The position numbers were made by a program, and so were the translations under genes. A stretch of DNA of 64,000 nt. It comes from an uncultured Phycisphaerales bacterium (GTDB lineage Bacteria; Planctomycetota; Phycisphaerae; Tepidisphaerales; Tepidisphaeraceae). Shown here piece by piece: positions 53,984 to 64,000 of the stretch. The notes below the pieces were generated by a model that saw only the letters and a program-made list of their open reading frames with translations, had not been told where the DNA came from and did not search any database. Location: the NCBI GenBank assembly GCA_963844715.1, contig CAWJPJ010000006.1, forward strand, positions 384,001 to 448,000, read 5' to 3'. The number at the start of each line of letters is the position of its first letter. Within the stretch, counting starts at the first letter, position 1.

Positions 53984-54757
53984 CTACCACTCGCCGTCAG
54001 CGATCCGCTCGTACTCGGTGCTTTCGGGCTCCCCGGATAAAATTCGCGTGAGGGCGGCCCGAACATCCGCCGGGCGCAAATTGCGCCCCGGGCATTGAGT
54101 GTCCTTGGTCTCGCCGTGCCCGAGAACGTGCGACAGCGGGATGCGGTAGGTACGCATGAGATAGACGATGAGCCGGATAAGAGACCGGCGTTGCGCCATC
54201 GTGGGATGGGTTTTGTTGAAATTGCCGACCAGACAGATGCCGATGCCGCTGATGTTAAAGCGGTTATCCAGGGCGTTATCGTGAGCCCCCCACTTCTGTT
54301 TGACCCAGCGTGGGCCGACCTCGATTTGGCCGTCGCCGCTGTTGGTGCCGTTGCCGATGACGAAGTGATACCCGAGTTCGTCGAAACCTCGATCGCGGTG
54401 CCAGCGGTCGATAATCGCGGCTGAGCCGTAGTCGCTGTCGCTATGGTGGATGATGATCCAGACCCAGTGATTGAGCGGGGCCTGGGGAATCCAGGTTCGG
54501 GGGACGCCGTTGTCGTAATATTCGGCTCGCGTCGGCGGGGTCGGAACGACGGCGGCGGCGATCACCGGCGGGCTGCTCGGCGGCGAGACCGGCCGTTCAT
54601 TCACTTGAGCCGAGTCCAACTCGCCCGGTGGGAGGATCGTCGGGCCGCTGAGGCGCATGGGGGGCAGATTCTGGTCGCTCTCGTCGGTCTGACATCCCGT
54701 CAAAACCGCGGTGCAGACCAGCAAAATCGCCGTTAATACGGTCTTTAAAGGGAACAT
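53984..54757 (-). CDS. N-acetylmuramoyl-L-alanine amidase (Amidase_2/PGRP), lipoprotein
   Basis: LTGC lipobox, IIIHHS, GYHFVIGNG, GAH, GIGICLVGNF, GHGETKDTQCPG. Confidence 0.92.
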   Translation of the reverse strand: MFPLKTVLTAILLVCTAVLTGCQTDESDQNLPPMRLSGPTILPPGELDSAQVNERPVSPPSSPPVIAAAVVPTPPTRAEYYDNGVPRTWIPQAPLNHWVWIIIHHSDSDYGSAAIIDRWHRDRGFDELGYHFVIGNGTNSGDGQIEVGPRWVKQKWGAHDNALDNRFNISGIGICLVGNFNKTHPTMAQRRSLIRLIVYLMRTYRIPLSHVLGHGETKDTQCPGRNLRPADVRAALTRILSGEPESTEYERIADGEW

Positions 54758-54946
54758 GCTCGATGACCTCCGGTCGAACCGGTTATCGGCACATCCCGCG
54801 TGCGCGGACCACTTTTGACCTTTGTCGGAAGCCTGCCCAATTCGGAATGACGCCATCCCTGGCCTCTCTTCTCGTTGCCCCACAATCTCCTGATGACGAT
54901 TTGTAACGGACGCGGGCGGCAATTTCCAGCCCGAGGAGTCCTATTT

Positions 54947-55841
54947 CTAGGTTTTCCATGGATGAGTCTTGCGGCCGAGAGTCATATCCAAATTCAACTT
55001 CGCCTGGGGCAAATCCGGGCGAAGCGACAGTGCCTGGCGGGCGGAGGCTTCGGATTCGTCCAATCGGCCCAATTCGCGCAGGGGAATGGCAAGGTTGCTG
55101 AAGGCCTCGGCGTAATCGGGCCTGAGCTCGATGGCCCGGCGGAACATGGCGATCGCGTCGCCATGCTTCCCCTTTTCGTTGAAGGCGCAGCCGAGATTAT
55201 TGTGCGCTTCGGGAAAATCCGGCTGCAATCGGATGGCGAGGCGATATTCGGCGACCGCGTCATCCCACAATCCCGCCCAGGCCAGGCAGCCGGCGAGATT
55301 GTTGTGCGCGCTGGCCTCCTCGGGGCGGCATTGCACGGATCGGCGAAACGCCGCGACAGCCTCCTTCGTCTTGCCCATGGAGCGATAGACCTGGCCCAGG
55401 TTTTCGTGTGCTTCGCCAAATCCCGGGCGAAGCTGGACCGCTCTTTGACAAGCGGCCAGGGCATCGTCCAGCTTTCCCATGCCGCGGAGGATGTCGCCCA
55501 GATTGGTATATCCCTGAGCAAACTCCCGACGGAGCGCGATGGCCCTTTTGGCGCTTTGTACCGCCTCCGCAAAGCGCCCTGCGCGGCGATACGCCTCGGC
55601 GAGGTTGCTGTAATATTCTGCCTCCCCGGTCTCGACCTTGATCGCTTTCTCGAGCAAATCAATCGCGAGGCCAGTGTCTCCAAGCTGAAGGCACGCAACG
55701 CCGAGGAGATGCAGCACCTCGGCGTGGTCCGGCTCAAGTTGGAGAAGCTGCTCGTAGATCTCCTTGGCCTGCGGGACACGCACCGGCAAGCTGATGCCGA
55801 AAGGCCAGATCAAAAAGTTTGTTGATGTCCGGCTGTGTCAC
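54947..55841 (-). CDS. TPR-only protein resembling the TPR arrays of the GT41 copies; frameshift near 55780
   Basis: TPRs (AEVLHLLG, YYSNLAEAY, AHNNLG); upstream frame reads VTQPDINKLFDLAFRHQLAG. Confidence 0.8.
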
Positions 55842-55893
55842 ATGGGCAAGTTAGTTTCCCGGAAACGCGCATGCAACTGGTTTGTCGCAAGGC

Positions 55894-55928
55894 AAAAGAA
55901 AAAGCCCAGGGAGTTTTGCTCCCTGGGC
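55894..55928 (-). terminator. Rho-independent terminator of the porin gene
   Basis: GCCCAGGGAG / CTCCCTGGGC stem followed on the minus strand by TTTTTCTTTT. Confidence 0.85.
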
Positions 55929-55962
55929 ATCGTATTTTCAAGCCAAGATAAGCGATCGGAAC

Positions 55963-57279
55963 CTAGAACTGCATGATCGCGTCGACACCGAACGAGACCT
56001 GGCTGTATTTGCCCGAGCCCGGACCAGTGAACCCATAAGCTCGCTGATCGGCCCAGTCCACGCGGATTTCAGGACGAACCTGAAGCCACTGGAACCAGTT
56101 GTCGTTGGGCATGGGATGGATCTGCACGTTCGCCGTCGCTTCGTAGTAGTTGACGTTGACGGGTGCGCCGGTGGTCAGGCCGCCGGTGTCATCGTACCAC
56201 TCGATACGGAAGTTGGGGGTGAAGTGGGTGTCGAACTTGTAGGCCGCGTACAGGGCCACGCCGCCCCACTGGGCGTTGTTGCCCGGGGTGGTGTTGGCCG
56301 AGTGCGGTGCATCGCCATAGACGCCGTCGCCGTTGAGCGTCAGCTCGTCGGAGGCGGCATAAGTAACGATGCCTTCCAAGGTCGTCCAGTAGTCGCTGTT
56401 GTCGTCGGTTCCTTCCGGACCGAACTCGGCATTGGCGACATAACTCCATTTGTCGTTGATCTTGCCACTGGCTTCAATGATGCCGTCGATGGCCCCATTG
56501 TTATCCGACGTGCTCTGATTCCAGCCGCGGCTGATACCGCCGGTCAGGTTCAAGTCCTGACCCATGAGCAGCTTGGCGAAGGTATAGCTGGCCCAAATAC
56601 CCGTGTTCGTCAGCGGAATACCGAACGTAAAGCTGTAGCTATGGGTATAGAATGCGTTACCCGTCGGGTTGATGACTTCAAGCCCGAGGATGGCCGGTAT
56701 CTTGCCGAGCTTGAGCGTCAAACCGCTGCCGATCTTGCCTAGGTACAGTTCGACGTTCGCTTGGGGAATATCGTACTGTTCCTGCGGATGGGGGAACGGT
56801 GAATTATCGAGGATGCCGTGAGAGTGAATCTGGGCATCGTCGATACCGTAGCCCTGCTCGAAGTTGAATCCCCAGTCCCAATCCTTGGTCGTATCCAACG
56901 ACTTGGATAGGGTGAGGTCCAACTGGTCCAAGACGACCTCGTCGCTGAACCCGCCGGGAAACGCGATAAACGTAGGCTGATCGTCAGCCTTGTTATCGTT
57001 GTTGAAATCGTCCCAGTACCCGGCCTCGACGAATCCTGTGATGCTGAGGTGATTCTTCTCAAGCCACTGACCCACGGAGGTCGGGTCCAGCGCGTACATA
57101 ATCGGCGTCAGCGTGGTGGGCGTGGCCGGGGCACTGGATGCGTCCAAGGTCAACGGATTCGAAAATGCCGGAATGGAGGCTTCGTCTTGACTAGATTGGG
57201 GCAAATCCGCCGCGAGGGCGAATGACCCACAACCCAGCACCGCCGCTAAGGCGGTATAACCCAACCCTTTCCATACCAT
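55963..57279 (-). CDS. Outer-membrane beta-barrel porin (BBP2/DUF1597-like)
   Basis: Signal peptide, GLEVINPTGNAFYTHSYSF, RPEIRVDWA, terminal Phe (DAIMQF). Confidence 0.88.
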   Translation of the reverse strand: MVWKGLGYTALAAVLGCGSFALAADLPQSSQDEASIPAFSNPLTLDASSAPATPTTLTPIMYALDPTSVGQWLEKNHLSITGFVEAGYWDDFNNDNKADDQPTFIAFPGGFSDEVVLDQLDLTLSKSLDTTKDWDWGFNFEQGYGIDDAQIHSHGILDNSPFPHPQEQYDIPQANVELYLGKIGSGLTLKLGKIPAILGLEVINPTGNAFYTHSYSFTFGIPLTNTGIWASYTFAKLLMGQDLNLTGGISRGWNQSTSDNNGAIDGIIEASGKINDKWSYVANAEFGPEGTDDNSDYWTTLEGIVTYAASDELTLNGDGVYGDAPHSANTTPGNNAQWGGVALYAAYKFDTHFTPNFRIEWYDDTGGLTTGAPVNVNYYEATANVQIHPMPNDNWFQWLQVRPEIRVDWADQRAYGFTGPGSGKYSQVSFGVDAIMQF

Positions 57280-57349
57280 TGGCTTGACTCCTTCTCTAAA
57301 AAATTGGCGCGATGGTCTTACCTAAACCATGTCGGACCAAAACCCATTG

Positions 57350-57365
57350 GCAAAACCAATGCCGA
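57350..57365 (-). promoter_or_regulatory. Sigma54 -24/-12 promoter for the porin
   Basis: Minus strand TCGGCATTGGTTTTGC (GG-N10-GC), about 70 bp upstream of the ATG. Confidence 0.65.
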
Positions 57366-57452
57366 GCGATTCTGTTGAATCGGTTTTGATCCGCGCAGAC
57401 TGTTTTTGCAGCCGCCACCACTGTTTTTTTTCTACTGCTCGGTTCTCCACAG

Positions 57453-57471
57453 TTGCCTATGACATAGGCAA
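57453..57471. promoter_or_regulatory. Palindromic enhancer-like site (NtrC-like TGC-N11-GCA)
   Basis: Perfect TTGCCTATG-A-CATAGGCAA about 90 bp upstream of the sigma54 site. Confidence 0.6.
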
Positions 57472-57594
57472 AACAAAATGTATACAACATTTATGCCACA
57501 ACTAGCGGCTACACCGCAAGGGGCGATTTCAATTGTTAAAGTAGCCAAATTACCAACCAAATGCTAATCTAGCACGAACACTCAACACCCACTG

Positions 57595-58372
57595 CTATTC
57601 CAACGTGCATGCAACTCTAAATCCCATATTTGCAAGACGTTGCGTATGATGTATGCGATCCCTGTACGAGGCCTTTAAGGTTCCGCGCTTGGCATCCCAC
57701 CCCCCGCCGCGGACCACCCGCCACATACCGGCATCATATGGCTCCCAAGCTGACCCATCGGAGGGAGCGCCGGCGTAGGTTTCGTGCCACACATCTGCCA
57801 CGACTTCGCGCACGTTGCCATGCATGTCGTAAAGGCCCAATGAATTCCTTGGATATGACCCGACCGTGACCGGTCGACCCACGCCAGCGGTCGTCGCCAC
57901 TTTCCGTATATAGAAAATTTGCCTCTTTGACGCTGATCTGGTTGCCCGTCGAATACTCCCCCTCCGAGCCAGCCCGGCAACAATACTCCCACTCCGATTC
58001 GCTCGGCAGCCGATAGCCTCTCCCCGCCGCGATCGAAAGCCATCTCATATAGCTGATCGCATCCTCCCAACTCACGTCGCAAACCGGGAGTCTTCCGCGG
58101 CCCCAGCCCTGGTCGTCTGGTTTATAGACTGACGAATCGCCCTCAGCGTACGCGTCCCACTGCTCGAATGTGATTGGGTATCTGGAGATCGCCAGCCAGT
58201 GCTTAATCTCAACCCGATGGCGCGGCTTCTCGTGCGCCGTGCCAGTGTCGGCGCCCATCAAGAAACTCCCGGGGGGGATGACCACCATCTCCGGAAGCAT
58301 TAGTCCATCCGAGAAGCAGGTCCCGGCAACCCGAGCCTGCTCCACCCGGGCGTCATGGTCCAACAACGACAT
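57595..58372 (-). CDS. Formylglycine-generating enzyme (SUMF1/EgtB/PvdO) family protein; frameshift near 57890
   Basis: [52 protein letters not shown]. Confidence 0.88.
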
Positions 58373-58609
58373 AAAGGCGAATCTCCAACCCCTCGCTCAG
58401 CAAACTCCCCTGGCGGGATAGCGCGGTGAGCCTTCCAGGTTCTCCGGTCTTTGCAACCCGGATGCCAAACGTCCCAAACTCGCTAAAACCCCTCCGGAGG
58501 CGGCGAAAAACGCGAAAATACGCCGTGCAGGGACCAAAGCGATGCCCATCAGTTAAGCGAAAACCCCGATTTTCGGTGAATTATGCCCGTCCCGTTATCA
58601 TTCCCGTTA

Positions 58610-59127
58610 ATGAAAAGATTCGCATTATATGTGACCGCTGTGACTTGCACGGCTTTGCTCGCCGGGTGCCAGACGACAGGCTCGCGCTCCCAGCCTGTCG
58701 AGACATTTCGCAATGCCACGGGCGCGGATCTGAGTCTTGGCATTCTCAGTGTCACGCGCGACGCGGCGGGATTTCCCCTCCCCGTCGCCAATCTCCGAAG
58801 CCTGACGGAGGATGAGATCATCGTTACCTATGGTCCCGGCGATCTGACTATTCATTGCGGGCCGTATGTCTCCACCGGTCCGACCGCTACCTATGACATC
58901 CGGCGCGAGATTCTCGATTCCTACGGCTACATGGATTTCCCCCCCAACACTTCCGGTTGGGCCGAACTTTCCGCGGATGGAAAACTTCAGCTCTTGCACC
59001 CAACCCGCCTTGCGCAGGCCAGTACGAACTTTGGGCAACCCTCCGCGTTCCCGACTGCGGAATTCTTCACACGCCCCATCAGGCCTATATTGTTACTATC
59101 CAGAAACCAACTTCGCGCGATAAATAG
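58610..59127 (+). CDS. Hypothetical lipoprotein; frameshift near 59015
   Basis: MKRFALYVTAVTCTALLAGC lipobox; a shifted frame continues GQYELWATLRVP...SRDK* ending at 59127. Confidence 0.65.
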
Positions 59128-59134
59128 CTCGGGT

Positions 59135-59959
59135 ATGGACCCTCGGCTGACAAAATTCATCCGCCAAAAGCAAAAAAGACTTTGGACCCTTGTCGGCGGA
59201 CGGCGGTTTACAGCGTTCGGGCATCGCCTGCAGGTCGATCCCGAAACGGAACTTCCCGAATCGCGCCGGTATGGGATTCCTCAGGGGCCAACTCGCGAGC
59301 AGGTGCTGCGCTACACCGATCACGTTCAACTCCGCAGCGTGTGCGCGTACCTGGACGCCTTCGCGGGGTCGCCGGTCGTGGTGGAGGTCGGGGCCCACAT
59401 GGGGGGCTACGCCTGCATCATGGGCGCGATCCTGCGCCAGAAACATGGACGGATGCTGGCGATCGAGCCGAACCCCGAACATTGCCGGCGTCTGCGCACG
59501 AATCTGGCGCTCAACTCCCTGGAAAAGACGGTCACCGTCGAGGAGGTGGCGATCGGCGACGTGAACGGCAAAGTACGACTGACCACCTCCGGCACGCAAT
59601 CGACTATCTCGAGGGACTCGGCGAACTGGATTACCGTTCAATCGGCGACGTTAGCCAGCGTGCTGGCCCGGCATCACATATCGCGAATCGATCTGCTGAT
59701 CATTGATGTTGACGGGGCGGAACTTCCCGCGCTGCGCGGCTTTCCATGGGGTCAGGTCGGCGTTTCGCAAATTTTCTGCGAGCTACACCCCTATGCGTGG
59801 CAGGACTTCGGATATGAAGCGGCGGACCTGGATCGTTTTCTGGACGAACACAAGCTTCTCCCCATCGACATGTTCTTCCGTCCCTGGCCGAGACTGCCCG
59901 ATTCCACCCACTGGTCGAGCTACATCGGCCCGACCCTGCTCGTCCCGGTCGGACAATGA
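59135..59959 (+). CDS. FkbM family methyltransferase
   Basis: VVVEVGAHMG, AIEPNP, NLALN, IDLLIIDVDGAE, CELHP. Confidence 0.88.
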   Translation: MDPRLTKFIRQKQKRLWTLVGGRRFTAFGHRLQVDPETELPESRRYGIPQGPTREQVLRYTDHVQLRSVCAYLDAFAGSPVVVEVGAHMGGYACIMGAILRQKHGRMLAIEPNPEHCRRLRTNLALNSLEKTVTVEEVAIGDVNGKVRLTTSGTQSTISRDSANWITVQSATLASVLARHHISRIDLLIIDVDGAELPALRGFPWGQVGVSQIFCELHPYAWQDFGYEAADLDRFLDEHKLLPIDMFFRPWPRLPDSTHWSSYIGPTLLVPVGQ

Positions 59960-60020
59960 CCCGCCGTGTTGACCCGCTCGAAAAGGGCGGGGACACTTCG
60001 CCTGCACCAGAACCGACCTG

Positions 60021-61215
60021 ATGCAAAATATCGTCATCGACAAACCGTATGTCCCCGTCTTGCCCCGGCGCGGAAGACTCTGGCCCGCCCTTCTGGCTTT
60101 ATATATCCCAAAACTGTTGCGCAAGAAATTCGCGGTTGAGAAAGTTGAATGCCTCCACGCGGATCGTCTGACTAAATCGCTGGGCGAGGGGCATGGAATC
60201 CTGCTGACGCCGAATCATTGCCGCGATGAGGACCCGTTTCTGCTGGGCGTTCTTTCCCGCTGCGTACATTCACCATTTTTTATCATGGCGAGCTGGCATG
60301 TTTTTATGCAGGATCGGATGCAGACCTTTTTGCTGCGGCGAGCCGGAGCGTTCAGCATTTACCGCGAGGGGATCGACCAGGGCGCGGTGAACACGGCCGT
60401 CGAAATGCTGGAAACCGCCGCCCGGCCGCTGGTGATTTTTCCCGAGGGGTTGGTATCGCGGACCAACGACCGGCTGAATGAATTGCTCGACGGCACGGCC
60501 CTCATCGCGCACTCCGCCGCCAAACGGCGCGCCAAGCTCGACCCGCTTGGGAAGGTTGTGGTCCATCCGATCGCTCTGCGCTACCGATTCCAGGGCGACA
60601 TCAAAGCCGCGGTCGAAACCGTTCTCGACGACATCGAAACCCGCCTGACCTGGCAAAAACAAACGTCGTTTTCGATGCTCGAGCGGATTTATAAAACCGG
60701 CGGAGCCTTGCTCGCTTTAAAAGAACTGGAATATCTCGGGGAGGCGCGAACGGAGATGTGGGTCCGCGGCTGGCGAATCTGATCGATGCGATTCTACTGC
60801 CCCTGGAAAAACAGTGGCTCGACGCCCAGTACCCCGCCGACTCGGTCCCCACGCGCGTCAAGCGCTGCGCTCGGCGATTCTTCCGGATATGACCAAAAAC
60901 GAAATCGACGAGCCGGAACGGCAGCGGCGCTGGAAGCAACTGGCCGATCTGTATCTCGCGCAGCAATTGGCGCATTCTCCGCCCGATTATGTCCGGTCGA
61001 ATCCGAGCGCGGAAAGATTGCTCGAAACCGTAGAGCGGTTTGACGAGGATTTGACGGACAAGGTACGCCTGCTCGGCCCGCTTCATGCGACGATTACCGT
61101 CGGGGAGGCGATCGAAGTCTCGCCGACGCGCGAATCGCGCGGTTCCTCCGATCCCCTGATGGACGAAATCGAAAAGCAGCTCAATTCGCTTTTGGGGATC
61201 ACTCCAGCCGCATGA
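60021..61215 (+). CDS. PlsC-like phospholipid/glycerol acyltransferase; frameshifts near 60760-60870
   Basis: NHCRDED (HX4D), GAFSIYREG, IFPEG, PIALRY. Confidence 0.82.
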
Positions 61216-61887
61216 CGGCGTCATTTTCCATCATCGGCGTGCGCATCGGCGCGATCGTGGCCAGCCTCTCTCTTTGGTTCTGGACGCAGCGATTGCTCGC
61301 CAGGCGCGATGCGGCCAATTTTGACCCCTCCGTGTTTATCCCGGATGGTATTCATGGAGCCACCGCGCGCATTAACCGGTATCTGAATGAAAATCCTAGA
61401 TCGGCCAATGCCCTGCTGATCTCCAGCTCGCTGGGCATCGATCTGCTCGGGTTTTATTTGCTCGGATCGGCCATCTTCGGCACAACAATCGAGCCGTTTC
61501 TCGGCTTGCTGATCCTCTTTGCCCTGCGTCAGCTTTGCCAAATTTTGTGCCCCCTGCCGCCCCCGCCCGGAATGATTTGGCACTCGCCAGGTTTTCCTGC
61601 GCTTTCTGGTCACGTACGGCACGGCCAGCGATCTGTTTTTCTCCGGGCATACCGCGATCGCGGTGTATGGCGCCGCGACGCTGGCGTCTTCGCTCGGAAC
61701 GGTCGGCATCATTCTTGGCACATTAATTGCATTCTACGAAATGATCGCCGTGCTGCTGCTGCGGGCGCACTATACGATGGACGTTTTCGCCGGCACGGTA
61801 ACCGCGCTGTACGTTCATCATCTGGCGATTGAAATCGCCCCGACGGTAGATCACTGGCTCGCCCACGTCGCCGTGGCAATCCGCTAA
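61212..61887 (+). CDS. Sphingomyelin-synthase/PAP2_C-like membrane phosphotransferase; frameshift near 61605
   Basis: LRQLCQILCPLPPP, then shifted-frame DLFFSGHT and RAHYTMDV; ATGA overlap with the acyltransferase. Confidence 0.78.
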
Positions 61888-62017
61888 TCGCCGGCGATGG
61901 CAAGCATCGCGGTCATCGGCGCCGTCGGCGCCGTAAGCGCACGGTGGTCTTCGCTGAACTCATCCCTCTGATCGGACGAACGATTTCCCATCGCCGATAG
62001 AGCTCCTCGGCGCCGCC

Positions 62018-63565
62018 CTATTGCTCTTTGGGGATCCCCGCCATCGCGGCAAGTCGCACGGACGTTTTGTGCGCGGAATACAGCAATAGATCGGGGCTGG
62101 TCCCCTCAACGCGCTTCAGTTCAAAATCGGGCAATTCCGCCACTATTTCTTCGGGATGAATATCCAGGACGACGACATAAAAAGCGTCCATCGACTGCAA
62201 TTCATTCCGTGCGATCGTGCCGGGGAATCCGTAGTACGAATCCACGATGCGCTGAACCCGGGTTTGAAAGAGCCGATTGTTTTCGTGCAAGAAATCCTCA
62301 CCGAGGTTCGCGCCCAGATACGCACAGCGCACGCGCAAATCCGGCGCAACTTGCATCATCGGCACAAAGTCCTGAGCCGAAAGAAAGACCACCGGCTCAT
62401 TGCCGGTCAATTGGCGGATCGCCTCGACGCGGCCATTAATTGCGCTGTGAAATTGCATCCAGACCCGGACGTGAAGAGAGAACAATATCGTTCCCGCGAG
62501 GAGCATGACCGTACAGGCCACGCGCGCAAGCCTCGGGGGAACGCGGCGGATGAGCCACGCGGCTACGACCGCCAGGGCCGGGACGCCCGCAATCGCGTAA
62601 CGCGGCATCAGGGCCGGTTGCCCGACCAGGGAGAACGCGATGATTGCCAGGGGAACCATTCCCAACGCCGCCAAAGCCGAGAGAGGCGCTATTGAATCCG
62701 ACGGCGATTTGGGTTTCAGCTTGTGCAAGACCCCTGCAACCAGGAAATAGATCACGGGGGTCGCCACCAGCGAGGGCGGCGCGATGCCCGTGATGAACGC
62801 CCCGAGTCCCGCCAGCGGGCGCGAGATCCATGTCGTATTCCCCAGCGCTAGATAATGCCCGTGCACGAACGGCAGGCACGCCGCCAGCGCCAGCGGCCCG
62901 GCCATCAGCGCGCACCAGTCGGGCAAGCGCAGGGCGCGATCCTTGCGATGGATCATCCAATACCCAGCGACGGCGGCGAACCACGCCGCCAGACCAAAAT
63001 AATGCAGCGAGCAAAGGAGCACGCTGCAAACCCCGAGCATCGTTGTTCTTATCCATGATCGATTCGGGGTCGCCAGCGCCCAGCACAGCCAAACCGCCGC
63101 GGCAAGCTGCGGCCCGTAGGCTCGCGCATCAAAGGCGGCCGTCATAACCGCGGGATGACACCAAAAGATCAGCGCTCCGAAGATCGCACTGATCCGATCG
63201 ACGGCCAATCGCAGCACCGCGTAAACGCCCACGACGGCCGACCAAACGCTCAGGCAAGCCATCAGCCGAAGCGTCACCGGCGAGACCCCACCCAGAAGCT
63301 TGCCAAAGAACCGGCAACATAAATAGAACGTCGGCCCTTGCGTATCGGATCCATGGAGCAACGCGATCATGGAATGAGCCAGACTCGGGTCGGCGGCAAG
63401 CAGATTGGTGTAGACTTCGTCCTGCCAGAGGTCGCGGCCGAACATGGCGAATCCGCCTGTCAGCGCAAGTTGAAGCAATATCAGCAGCGCGAACGCCGCC
63501 GCGGCGACGGGCAGTTCGCCCTTCGCCGGTCCACGGGTTTGGGTTGGCTCCTGCGATTTCAGCAT
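62018..63565 (-). CDS. GT-C (GT39/PMT-like) membrane glycosyltransferase
   Basis: LWQDE, PTFY, TLRL, DARAYG, LHYFG, PRY; many TMs. Confidence 0.8.
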   Translation of the reverse strand: MLKSQEPTQTRGPAKGELPVAAAAFALLILLQLALTGGFAMFGRDLWQDEVYTNLLAADPSLAHSMIALLHGSDTQGPTFYLCCRFFGKLLGGVSPVTLRLMACLSVWSAVVGVYAVLRLAVDRISAIFGALIFWCHPAVMTAAFDARAYGPQLAAAVWLCWALATPNRSWIRTTMLGVCSVLLCSLHYFGLAAWFAAVAGYWMIHRKDRALRLPDWCALMAGPLALAACLPFVHGHYLALGNTTWISRPLAGLGAFITGIAPPSLVATPVIYFLVAGVLHKLKPKSPSDSIAPLSALAALGMVPLAIIAFSLVGQPALMPRYAIAGVPALAVVAAWLIRRVPPRLARVACTVMLLAGTILFSLHVRVWMQFHSAINGRVEAIRQLTGNEPVVFLSAQDFVPMMQVAPDLRVRCAYLGANLGEDFLHENNRLFQTRVQRIVDSYYGFPGTIARNELQSMDAFYVVVLDIHPEEIVAELPDFELKRVEGTSPDLLLYSAHKTSVRLAAMAGIPKEQ

Positions 63566-63729
63566 GGCAAAAAATGGGTGGACCGCGTCCGCCCCGACTT
63601 TCGATTCCCCAATATCAGGCTGGATGAATCGTGCCTCGGAAACGCGGAAGATCAAACGCAAGCGGGCCGGGAATCATTTAAGAGGCCCGGCCACGCGATA
63701 AGTTGGGAATGATTTGCGGTGATTGTCAG

Positions 63730-64000
63730 TTATGCGGCAAGGGAGCGGCGGCGGCTCAAGAGGCAGAGGCCCGCCAGCGAAAGGATCGCTATCGATGTCG
63801 GCTCCGGCACCGCGACCGCCTTGGCGCTGGAATTCCAGCTATAGGTGCACCCCGAAGTCGTAAACGTCGCGACCCAGGAAGCGGGACTGGAGTCGGAGGG
63901 GGAGATGCTGTCCGAAATCGTCCCGGACCCGCTCAACTCCAACGCGCTGGACGTATCCAGCGGCTCAGTCAACGTGTTCAGCGTGAACTTGTACGTGACC
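63730..64000 (-). CDS. PEP-CTERM protein (5' part outside the window)
   Basis: VAVPEPTSIAILSLAGLCLLSRRR. Confidence 0.88.
   Translation of the reverse strand, partial: VTYKFTLNTLTEPLDTSSALELSGSGTISDSISPSDSSPASWVATFTTSGCTYSWNSSAKAVAVPEPTSIAILSLAGLCLLSRRRSLAA

Noticed and set aside
54875..56742. Long antisense ORFs (54875-55825 and 55882-56742 here; also 5355-6398 and 37307-38263)
   Set aside because: They are shadows of real opposite-strand genes in high-GC DNA and have no recognisable motifs.
58583..59959. Apparent lipoprotein-FkbM methyltransferase fusion
   Set aside because: A shifted frame gives the lipoprotein a plausible end (GQYELWA...*, 59127) 7 bp before the FkbM ATG, so the fusion is likely an indel artefact.
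1810..61887. About 20 frameshifted genes read as mass pseudogenisation or recoding
   Set aside because: The 1-2 nt indels hit housekeeping genes (ribE, fumC, cydAB, dps) whose motifs are otherwise intact. This is most simply long-read sequencing error; polishing would settle it.

Overview
GC-rich bacterial DNA, most likely from a planctomycete (Phycisphaerae/Tepidisphaerales-like). This is inferred from four PEP-CTERM genes, a prepilin-type H-X9-DG (DUF1559-like) gene, a giant LEPR-XLL/dockerin surface protein, an ECF sigma factor with a membrane tail and a BBP2-type porin. About 20 genes are split by 1-2 nt indels, including housekeeping genes. This points to an unpolished long-read assembly, so most frameshifts are treated as artefacts. 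Contents in order: (1) an IS5 element; (2) a surface-protein and glycosylation region, with PEP-CTERM proteins repeatedly next to SPINDLY/OGT-like GT41 and GT-C-like genes; (3) an RclA-like flavoprotein disulfide reductase gene cut into three pieces by an IS630 element and by a compact 3.28-kb large-serine-recombinase (LSR) element, whose att arms, GAG core and hidden small ORF can be read directly; (4) a quinone-linked, Fe-S-independent stress cluster (poxB, mqo, cydAB, fumC, catalase-related peroxidase, cytochrome b, dps); (5) a BlaI/BlaR1-type pair with twin operators whose sensor domain is PstS-like; (6) tRNA-Ala(GGC) with an adjacent repeat-flanked GIY-YIG gene; (7) housekeeping genes (maf, ribE, pdxA), a porin with a sigma54/NtrC-like promoter, and an acyltransferase plus sphingomyelin-synthase-like gene pair. 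No CRISPR array or rRNA was seen.
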